This document shows, piece by piece, positions 1 to 9,426 of a stretch of 14,066 nt of DNA (position 1 is its first letter; each line of letters opens with the position of its first letter). The notes under the pieces are model-generated. The model saw nothing but the letters and a program-made list of their open reading frames with translations, ran no database searches and was not told the origin of the DNA. Origin of the DNA: Zygophlyctis sp. KS116 (lineage: Eukaryota; Fungi; Chytridiomycota); assembly GCA_054661495.1 (NCBI GenBank), contig BAAFSQ010000259.1, positions 1 through 14,066 on the forward strand. Reading direction: 5' to 3'. A program made the translations under genes and the position numbers.

Positions 1-2067
1 TTACTGAGGAATCGCAGCGAAATCATCAATGCTTTCAGATATTTTATAAATAGTTACCTAAATATTAGCTATTTTACTTACTGGGAATGATACATGATTA
101 AATTGATTATTCTTATTCACCATTTCAACTAAGTTGTCCTTGTGGGGCACAGAATATCGATATATATACGATTTTTTGCCCTCTAAATCTGAACATAAAG
201 TTTGATAGAATAAAGACTAGATTTAAAATTTTAACATTTACCAGATTATCATCATCATCTTCTTCCCATATCCAGGACGATTTTTTGAATATTCCTTCAA
301 TTTTAAGAAATCCAATTGATTTAAAAAGTGATGTGACTTCGTAAAACCAAACATACCCATCTTCTGAGGCCGAAGTTAGAAACTTCCCACTTGGATCGAA
401 ACTTACCTAAGTTTTTAGTATCAAAACAATTATCTTACATTAATCACGCTTTTAGAATGCATTCTTTGTTTTAAAATTATCTGAGGGGATTCATCTTTTG
501 AGGAAGCTGCAGTAAACAGTCTAACATATCCTAAACTAGTACCAGTAGCTACTAAACCAAGAACAGGGCTGGTATCCATGCTGGTGATTTCACCTCTAGA
601 TTTATATTTCCCTTGTATATTCCAAGTTTTTGGATCCCAAAATGAAATGATAGACCCACCGGCGCATACAATAGTTTCACTGACACGCAGGAATCGCATG
701 AAACGCAAATCATCCGTTTCGTTAATGTAAATCTTATAATTATCAATTTAAATCAAACCGTATTAGAAATATTAGATATAAGCGAAAATAAATGCAGCTG
801 ACGATTAGCTGTTTCTATCAACAAGGTCTTATAATCAGGGGAAACCAATATTCTTCTTATTTCAGTTCCAGCAAAGGTTTTGATGACCCGATGAAGTTTG
901 CCGCTATAACCGAAGAAACGCATTATACCATCCTTACCAAATAAATAATTTAGTTTATCTTACAGATCCTGCAAACAAGATTTCTGTTTTAAGAGCAGCC
1001 ATATTTTTAAGATTAGAGCCAATAGATATAGAATCATCTACACTTTCATCAATGTACTCTTCTTGTTCCTCCACAAAAATTCCAGAACCTAAAGAGCGCT
1101 CATTAGATTTTGATGGCCCCCCCAAGAAAGCTTTGCAGCGTCCAGTTGAAGGATCAAAAGAAACGGCTTTATTTCCTTGATTAGAAGAAGCTAAAACCAT
1201 TCCAGTTGGAAGCCACAAATGTAAATCAGGAGTCACCCTTTGATCATCAAAATCCAAATGGATTTTATCAAAAGGATTTTCCGAAGATATATTCAAGCTG
1301 TCTTCTGGAAAGATGGATCCAATGCTAATAAAATTACAATGTTTTTGGATATACCTGCTTTCGAGTGTAGATTTCTTGAGTGAAATTTTCAATTTCCAAA
1401 ACTTAATGTGTTCTCTGTCTCCAGACGAACATAATTCCTTTGAGTTTAGTGGATTGAATGAAATGAAATTAGCTTCATATCCATTAAATATCGATGCTAC
1501 TAAAGAATTTGATCTCCAATCCCAGATCATAATATTAAAATTTGGGTAAGATCCTAATGATACCAGGTAGTCTCCATCAAAAGAGAATGCCAAGCTCCTG
1601 ACAAAGTCATCCTTTTCGGCTTCAATTTAGGGCGAATACAAACATACCCATAACGAATCCTTTTGGGCCAATTCTATTTTTCGACGGCCATTGACATATT
1701 GCAATTTCTAAAGATTCAAGTTCTGAATATGCCACGACATTTTCTCTAGCGTAACCAGCTAATGCTGTAATCTGCGATTCTGCAAGAGCAAAAATGGATG
1801 AATTCTCAATATTTGAATTATTTTCGGCTGACTTTGAAGGGCCTTTAGATAATGCAGAATTTGAGCCTGTCATTTCCTCTGATTTCTTTGATATATCTGA
1901 AAATCCATGGATATTCGCTGTCAATAATGCGGAACCGGACGAATAAACGATTGTGTTTGAATTTACGAAATCAATCAAGGTCGGAAAAGTAATCCCGATG
2001 GATTTTCTTTGTATTAGATTACAATTAATTATTACTTTAACTCAATGTCTCCATAAAGACCACTCAT
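1..2067 (-). CDS. CFAP43: Cilia- and flagella-associated protein 43 (WDR96), N-terminal WD40 region (~610 aa in window); 3' part continues beyond the left edge
   Basis: Spliced model: exons 2067-2036, 2006-1648, 1619-1355, 1324-964, 932-759, 732-439, 406-242, 216-82, 57-5; GT-AG introns 2007-2035, 1620-1647, 1325-1354, 933-963, 733-758, 407-438, 217-241, 58-81. Peptides DFVNSNTIVYSSG, AFSFDGDYLVSLGSYPNFNIMIWDW, ISFNPLNSKELC and VSFDPSGKFLTSASEDG resemble the CFAP43 N-terminal propellers as I recall them. The window ends in GTAA, read as the next donor because CFAP43 is much longer. Confidence 0.85.
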
Positions 2068-2152
2068 TTAATGATTTGTCCGGAATATTTAACGCGATTT
2101 CTCCACTCGGACTCAAAAAACCAAAATTCTATAATCTATTATATATTGATAA

Positions 2153-3351
2153 TCAGATTAGTGAACCAAGAGGAAATGATCTTCTAGCCATGGTATCAAT
2201 CTCATAACCAATAACATTATTTTCTAATGCTAAGATGGTAAAATTAATAAAAATTACCCACAAATGCATGCTTGCTATCAGAAGTAAATGTAATTCCTGC
2301 TATATGCTGATCTATGTTAGGTGGTGATACCCGTATGACTTGTTTCTCTTCAAATGTGCGAGTATCAACCACATTGATATAAGATACATGTTCTGAATAC
2401 ATGAGAAGATCCATAGAGCCAGAGGGACTAAACTTGACACTTCTACATGCTCCTTTTACTTGAGGGTTTTGTTTGGATCCAAACTTTGCAAGTTTCTCTG
2501 AACTTCTAACATCCCTTTTAAATTTAAAGCATTTACGAGACCGTACCATACACATACAAACCCATCCTGAGTTGCAACTGCAAATTTATTTGACGATTGA
2601 TTCCAAGCGCATGAAAATGCTGCATCTGCCGATCCTTTCAATGTCGCAGTTTTATGAAATGCACCATTTGATCCGATTTCAAATAAAAATACGTCATCAG
2701 AATCTCCTACTGCTAATAACTTTGTTCCGTCCGGGCTAACAGACGCATAATTAACGGCTGTTGGAATGTTGATATGTGTTATTCTTTGAAGGTCCGGAAG
2801 ACTAAAAACTTTGATCGTCTCATCATTATTGCATACATATATTTTTGGAGCATTTCCATGCTGAGAAATACAAATCGCATTATTAATTGAGCCTCCCACC
2901 GTAGTTTGTGCCATCCTAAACAATGATCAATAAAAAATATACCAATTTGATGAGAGCTGCCTCACAACCAATTGGCTTCTTTGGCCGCCAACAGCTAAAA
3001 ATCCGCATCTTTTACAATTACTAAAGTTGATTACCCTGTAGACATTGATGTAGGAGAAAACGTAAGATCCTTCAGTATTGGCGTGGACTAACGATTAATA
3101 GATACGATTTTTACCACTTGTGTGTCTGTATTAAAACTGAAAACATTATTCTGATTGACGCTTATGAATTCTTTTGGATTTCTAGGAGAGCATATCAAAT
3201 CTCTTAATTGCCTGATTTATAAGCCTAACCGTACGATTACCAGTGCTGAATTGTGGTCCTTTGAGCATATTTCTGCGGATTTGGTTTGAAAAATGATACA
3301 TCATCTCTTATGGCTTAGAGATTCAGATGATTACCTAATGTATACTGTCAT
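2153..3351 (-). CDS. WD40-repeat protein of the DUF2415 / S. pombe C2A9.03-like family (~333 aa)
   Basis: Eight exons, introns 3307-3334, 3212-3240, 3088-3114, 3009-3034, 2916-2942, 2515-2546, 2230-2257; spliced length 1002 nt is a clean ORF from ATG 3351 to TGA 2155-2153. Motifs TTIQHWQLRDLI, LAVGGQRSQL, GGSINNA, VCNNDETIKVF, VNYASVSPDG, FSCAWN, QDGFVCVWDVR, GACRSVKFS, EHVSYINVVDTR and RRSFP match this family from memory. Confidence 0.85.
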
Positions 3352-3415
3352 TACCAAGGGAAATTTTACGATTTTGACGTGCCGGACAACACGCTCTATA
3401 GTCCCCGAAGGCGAA
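3352..3415. promoter_or_regulatory. Inferred 64-bp bidirectional promoter region between the WD40 gene and CYFIP
   Basis: Divergent ATGs at 3351 (-) and 3416 (+); locally CpG-rich, containing TGACGT and CCGGACAA. Confidence 0.55.
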
Positions 3416-6400
3416 ATGTTATCAAGTTCTCTCAAAGTCATTGATCTTCCATACGCTGTTGAAAATCAGGAAATCGAACAGGAAGGAGAATATTTTAGTT
3501 TATCTGAGAATGATTATCTTTTAATCGCTCCAGAGTTTGGAAAAACAATCAATCGGACATACATGAACGAACCAAAGGATTTGACGCGAATGGTAATCAA
3601 TATTACTTAATACTGATCAGTACGATATTATTAAAGAAGGGGAAGATATTATGGCGAATATTTATGCTTATCGTTCTTGCTCACAATCTCTTCCCTTGTC
3701 AACTACACAACAGCAAGAATTTAGCAAAGTTGCTAACCATGTATTAAAAAAAGAAATAGATCGTCAGTTTCTTTTACAAGATTACTATTATCGATCAACT
3801 TCATTTTTAAATGATTTGATTGGGATTGCAGGCTTAAACGGAACATGTGTTGAACTACCATACTCTCATTCGTTTTTGTATCAGTTGGCTCAGATGTTCG
3901 GACTATTTATTTCTATTGATATTGTAAAGAAAAACAAGACTCTAATGAATAATGATCTAGCATTATTCAAGAGGGTGTCGGCTACAACTTCCAATGATAT
4001 CTCAAATTTACAGATATTATCAATGTTTATAGCTCAGCCAGATAACTATTTCAATTTTATAAAAAGCTGTTTTGAAACCAAAGATCGGATAGTATATGAT
4101 ATGATTCAAGATATGATCATTTATATTACCAAGATTTTTGAAAAGGATTTACTGGTACTTCCAGATGAAAAGAAACGCCTTGATTTGGTACTTAATTTTA
4201 TGTATTCTTATTTTAGGCGCTGGCTATGGGTATTTATATTCTTGATGTTGTAGATACGATGGAAATATTCAAGAGGAAGAGGTTAAAGTTGGATATACTT
4301 CAAAGTATTATTCAAAAAAATGAAATCATTCATATTTTTGGTGATATTGGATACTCCAAAAAGACGATTTACTCTAAATGTAAATGTATAAAGTGGGAAG
4401 AATCAAGTAATAATCATATGATGACTCTACACAATCTCTTGATAAAATTTCGAGAAAGGTATAGCGAGCTAATTGTATTCGAGCGAGTAATTCCAATTAT
4501 AATTTTAATAATCAAAGAAATCAAATGAAAAAGACCAATTTCAGCAAGCTTTATCGGTACTTCAACTATTAAACAATGTATGCAGTTGTATTAAAAGCAT
4601 TCATTTCTGGAAAGTCGCCCATCCTTCAAATAAGCATAAGAATGCATCATTATTTGACTGTTCTGTGAGATATAATTATTCTCATCAAGAATTGGACGAT
4701 CTTTTAGAACTTGTTTTTATGATTGATAAGTTATCTAAAGTGTATCATAGCTATGGATTGCAGCTGGAAGAAATTACTAAAAATGTGTATAACTTGGAAT
4801 TTAAATCATTTATTGCAAACAAGATTGAAGCCTTGAGAGTATCATTAGCTAAAAAGAATAAGTTCTCACTCGGGTAAATTTATAAAGTTAACAATTGCTA
4901 GCTCAATCACTTATATTCAAAGAATAGCTCATAAATCAAATTTCAAACTTGATAATACTATAGTAATTATTAATTTGGGACTAATCATAGATATATATAA
5001 CTGAATCAGTTCTACTGGATGTTATAAATGAAAAATCAAAAGGCATGAAGACTGGATTTATGCATGATAAGGAACTCAAAGATGAAAATATTCAAGACAT
5101 TCAGAAATTTGTGGATTTATTATTTATTTTCAGAGTCATGTCGCTTTTTAGTGGTAAGATATCGCTCTGATTGTAGAATCCATCATGAACTTTTCGGATC
5201 TTAGCTGTCTGTGGTTCAGGGAGTTTCATTTGGCATTAAATGAATCAGTCGAAGTAATCTAATTAATTTCTAATATTCTAAGATACCACTGTCCTCATCA
5301 CTTCCAAATATCTTGGCCGATCGTGCATACAAAAGCAAAAAATCTGGAAGTCTTCGGTACTTTCATTTCATGTAATTTTAGCTATATTTTTGCTCCGTTT
5401 ACTATTTATAATGCAGCAGGGGGATATACTCTTAAGAAAATCAGATCTCAATTCCTATATGATGAACTTGAATCAGAAGTGATGGTAGTATTCAATAAGT
5501 GTATGTTATATGCCGCCCAAAAACTTTATACACAATTTAAAAGTATTGCTGCACGGTAAGAAATGATATTCTAATTTTAAGTAAGTTATTAAGTGCCGGA
5601 TCAAAATCAGAAAAACATTTGAGCATTGAACGTAGCTCCATGATCGATATTTTAACTAGAAAGCAAATAAGTATTTTGGGCCATATCATTGACCCGATGC
5701 CTTTATTATCAGCAATATTTACCAACTTTTTGCGCAAAAGTATCGATGTGGCTGTCTCAAGATTTGAAAATAGTGGGATTACATATTTCAAAGTAATCAG
5801 ATTTAAACTTAAACAATAGGAGTTCGAAAGTCTGATAGATGTATGTAAAGAAACACATTCTAGCATTTCAAAATATATATTATTGGAAGATTTTGACTTG
5901 CTAATGGATCAAGTAAATGAATCAATTTCGGAGAAAGATCGAAACGGAAGGATTTTAACACATTTGATTCATGAATTGTTAAACGATTTGGTTCCTAATT
6001 ATTGCTTTAATAGCTCAACTCAGAGATTTTTGAAGGCCTCAGTTTTATTTACAGAATCTGCACCAAAAAGATCATTTCCAAAAGCAAAACTTATGCATCT
6101 ATATGGGACAAAGGTTTTTATTTCGAATATTAACGCTAGGACTGCTCGATATCTTTCAGTATGGAGTATTCCGCCTACAGATATGTTTTTTCTAAAGAGC
6201 ATATAACAAGTATCATTGAATTTATTGGCATCAAAGAACTTCCTGTTTTAATTCGTCATATTTCTCAGCACGCATCATTGATCGTATGTTTATTTTGCTG
6301 AATTATAGATTAAATATGTCGTAAAATCCTTTATTACAGAAATCCTAGATGTGGCTCCAAAAACTCTGAAATTTCCGTTGCTTGAATATGGACCTATTGG

Positions 6401-7032
6401 ATCCTTTGATTACTTTATTGCTCATTTGAAGCAAATCTCATGTATGGAAAATATTCGCTCTGAAATATTCCAGTCATTCAGAGAAATAGGAAACTGTTTT
6501 ATTCTCGTGCAAATGATTGATGATATTATGGTTGGATGATTTTTTAATTAATCTTAGATGTCTCTGCTACTACATTCCTATGATGTCAATTCAATCGATA
6601 GCAAAATGCATTCATTCAAACTTTTCAACTTGTTTTCGGCTCAAATTAAGTCGTCGCTAACTGAAACTTCGGAATTCGCTTCACATGAGCATCCATTGAT
6701 GAATCCCGACTCTTTCTTTAAAATATGGTCATATATTCAATTTTTGTTTTGTGTACCTAATGATGACGAAACATTACACAGGGAACTTTTTGGAGACGGA
6801 TTCCATTACGCTGGTTGTCTAATTAATTCACTGCTCGACCAGGCGCAATTTTCTTCGTATCATAATTTAAATATGTAAATTAGTAATTTCATTTACGAAA
6901 CATAGGCATGTTTTATCGGTTCAGAAAGAATTCCCAATTGATCAAGGAAACTCAAGGAGAGATATTCTTGCTTTTCTGGAAAATGCAAAGCAGGCTGAAA
7001 ATCTGAGCAGAGGTATTTATGAGTTTCTCTAA
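3416..7032 (+). CDS. CYFIP: CYFIP/Sra1/PIR121 subunit of the WAVE (SCAR) regulatory complex (~1077 aa, divergent)
   Basis: 15 exons; introns 3593-3620, 4188-4216, 4487-4517, 4874-4901, 4963-4990, 5154-5176, 5254-5282, 5357-5381, 5556-5581, 5793-5819, 6114-6139, 6284-6308, 6531-6557, 6875-6905; spliced length 3234 nt in frame. Motifs IYAYRSCS, NDLALFKR, WKVAHP...RYNY, DLSCLWFREF, QFLYDELESEV, DLVPNYCFNSSTQRF, EYG, FREIGN, WSYIQF and LFGDGFHYAGC follow the CYFIP order. Confidence 0.93.
5154..5176 (+). other. Shortest inferred spliceosomal intron in the window (23 nt)
   Basis: GTAAGATATCGCTCTGATTGTAG; removal restores the CYFIP frame into the conserved DLSCLWFREF motif; CTGAT is branch-point-like. 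Confidence 0.85.
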
Positions 7033-7038
7033 GATTCT

Positions 7039-9239
7039 TTATTTTTCCTTAAAAAGCATGTTTAGTGCAGCAGAAAAATATCCAAGTTTTCCAAAATTAT
7101 CCAAATTGATTCTCATCATATCAAATGCCACCCCAATTTTGAGATTTGAATAAGATTTATTATCGAAAGAGGCAACTTTTGGGTATCTTTGACTGAAATG
7201 AGTTAATAATATGTTCTTTGCATTCATCCTAAAGTCAAATTTCATTGATTTCTTACAATCGACCTATTTCAAGAGCTTCTCCTATGGAGCAATGTTTTTT
7301 AGCCACAGCTTCACCCTGCATATCGTCGTCAAATGTAGCTTCATGAATCAAAAGGTCCGAATTCTCTCCAACCTTTGCAAATTCCAAACTTGGTCTACAA
7401 TCACCAGAGTAAGAAACCCTGTGCGTATTATTGCCATTTATAATATCCATGACAACAGCGTAAGCTTTAGCACAATGCGTGACTCTAACAGTATTGATTT
7501 TTTCAACAAAAGGCTCAGAATCGACATCGATTTTTTGTGAAGAGGTCTGAAATTTATAAGAATCATAACAAATCAGTTGATCATAACCAAAATCTTCAAT
7601 TTGGGAATATTGTTTAAGAAATTCAAGAAATGTATCAGGAGCCACAATAATTATTTTGGATTCTGCAGGCGGATCTAACTTGCTATTTAATATGATTGGA
7701 ACTTACATCGTATATTGCCTTTAAAACTCCAATTGTTCCTGATAAATCAATAAATCAATAAATACCTAAATGATGATCAGCATGTAAATGCGAAATAAAT
7801 ATCAACTTGATCTTTAGCAGTTCCTCATTTAGAAGCGGGCCAAAAACTCGAAGTAACTGACCATTTGTCCCTTCACCACAATCAAGCAGTATATTTCTTG
7901 AAGAAGTTTGAATCATTGTCGAGCTAACGTTTCTATATTTTCCAGGAGCAGATGCACCAGTTCCTAGAGGAATAACATTGAGGTTCTTGGAGTTTACATT
8001 ATCAGTTATCTCTCCAATCTGTTTTTTAAAATTATCAATATTTTCCATAAATTCATCCTCATTGTCTTCTTTTTTATCTTGCGGTCCATTAATAACTTCA
8101 GATTCATCAATCTTAAATTCCGGAAGAAAAGAGATTTTAAGTAAAGGATTTGCAAGCATCAAATCACGTCCCATCAATCCCTTGACTAAAATCAGCAAAA
8201 AATAATTTACCACTAAAAATATCCTTTTGGGGAGTATTATCATACCAAGGAACCTGGAAAACCTGTTGATTTAATAAAGATAATTTCTTTTGAATTCTTG
8301 CACTACTAGTTATAGTCAACCTTGAAGCACAATAAGATGGATTCATCACAACATGCTATTTCATTATTTAATAAAAAATACCTTGACATCATTTCCCCAA
8401 CTCTTTATCCAATCTTGATAAATTTGATTTTCAAACAATAAATCATCTTGTACCATATGAAAAATGACTTGAAGTTTTTCATCTTTTGAATTCAATATTT
8501 GATTAGCTGGATTTTTAAAGTTTTCAATAAAGTCTTCCAAACAGTCATTAGTCACATCTAGAATCAAAAACACGTCTCTCGGCTTCCTTGGCTGAAGAAC
8601 ATCTGATGGATGCACCACTGATCCATCTTCCAAGGTAACTGATTGATCTGTACTTAGCTTTTTAAAGTGATCTGGCTTAGAAACCTTAAATTCCTTTAAT
8701 TTCCCCTTATCAAACTTTTGTTTAACTTTTGGTCCTTTAACTATAAACGATAAATATGTTTTTTCCAAAGTTGAATTATATCTCCTTTTTTTACAAGACT
8801 GACTAGTCTTTATAAAGGAAATTTCAACATTTTCATCCTTAAAAGTAGAATTAATTTCATTAAAAGTGAAATCCAATTCTTTTGAATTATAATTTCTATG
8901 AGTAAAAGGCCTTATTGAAGCCATAAATTCATTTATACCTCTTGGTCCCAAAAGCGATATCTTTTTAGACTGTTGCTGTAATGCATTATTAGCCTCCAGA
9001 GTCAGCATGAGTCCTGGCAATCCTCCCATCGAATTATAACAAGTCCGAGTAAAAAACACATTAGAGATCTTATTGATCTTTATCTTGTGCTGAATACAAA
9101 ATCTCTGAATTCCTTCCCCACAATTGAATAGATAAGACTTTTGATCAAATTGTAATAGAATGCAAGATGAGAGATCCCCCCCTGCAGAGCCGATAATCTT
9201 ACAATGAAACATTTGAGATGATTTTGAAATTTTGTTCAT
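7039..9239 (-). CDS. TRZ1: tRNA 3' processing endonuclease RNase Z, long form (Trz1/ELAC2), ~688 aa
   Basis: Introns 8356-8381, 8186-8210, 7739-7765, 7679-7706, 7229-7256; spliced length 2067 nt. N-domain pseudo-motif YLFNCGEGIQRF and GGLPG; C-domain LGTGASAPGKYRNVS (PxKxRN), LLDCGEGT, SHLHADHHLG (HxHxDH), YSGDCRP, LLIHEATF, HCS and LTHFSQRYPK. Alternative start at ATG 9212. Confidence 0.95.
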
Positions 9240-9274
9240 TTATGTCTTGTAAGATTCTCTACTTAAATATATCG

Positions 9275-9339
9275 ATGCATTCATCACTTGGTAGCCATTC
9301 GGTAGTCATTCATGGCCAATGCTATCAGATGGAATGCAT
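9275..9339 (+). other. Imperfect long hairpin (about 24 bp of pairing) in the RNase Z / kinase intergenic region
   Basis: ATGCATT/AATGCAT, CATC/GATG, TGGTAGC/GCTATCA, ATT/AAT and GGT/GCC nest in order with small bulges. Confidence 0.6.
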
Positions 9340-9426
9340 ACCAGTAATTGTCCGTTTGTACCATACGCACCAATGGCGCCACTGTATAATCGATTGTGGC
9401 ATTCCAAATAAACAATAAAAACTACT

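Noticed and set aside
1-3. In-frame TAA that could end CFAP43 at the window edge
   Set aside because: The same bases form a GTAA donor like most other introns here, and CFAP43 normally has a long C-terminal coiled-coil region; cannot be settled within the window.
2092-2096. ACGCG (MCB/SCB-like core) in the CFAP43 promoter as a target of the nearby APSES protein
   Set aside because: Single 5-bp partial match with no supporting context.
2185-2198. X-box (RFX)-like near-palindrome CTAGCCATGGTATC about 120 bp upstream of the ciliary gene CFAP43
   Set aside because: Three mismatches to the X-box consensus, and it lies in the WD40 last exon where it encodes DTMAR, so coding explains it.
3293-3415. 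N-terminal extension of the 3293-3610 ORF
   Set aside because: It overlaps the first exons of the WD40 gene on the opposite strand; CYFIP-like sequence begins at ATG 3416.
3416-7032. Fragmented ORFs suggesting pseudogenes, frameshifting or a non-standard genetic code
   Set aside because: Every break is resolved by a 23-32 nt GT-AG intron and the spliced lengths are in frame under the standard code.
7742-7762. Short TTTATTGA tandem repeat inside an RNase Z intron
   Set aside because: Fewer than three copies in AT-rich sequence; consistent with ordinary slippage.
9280-9328. GTGATGA and CTGA on the minus strand as C/D snoRNA, SECIS or hammerhead elements
   Set aside because: The D-like box precedes the C-like box, the hammerhead core CUGANGA/GAAA is incomplete, and there is no in-frame UGA gene or 3' UTR context for a SECIS.
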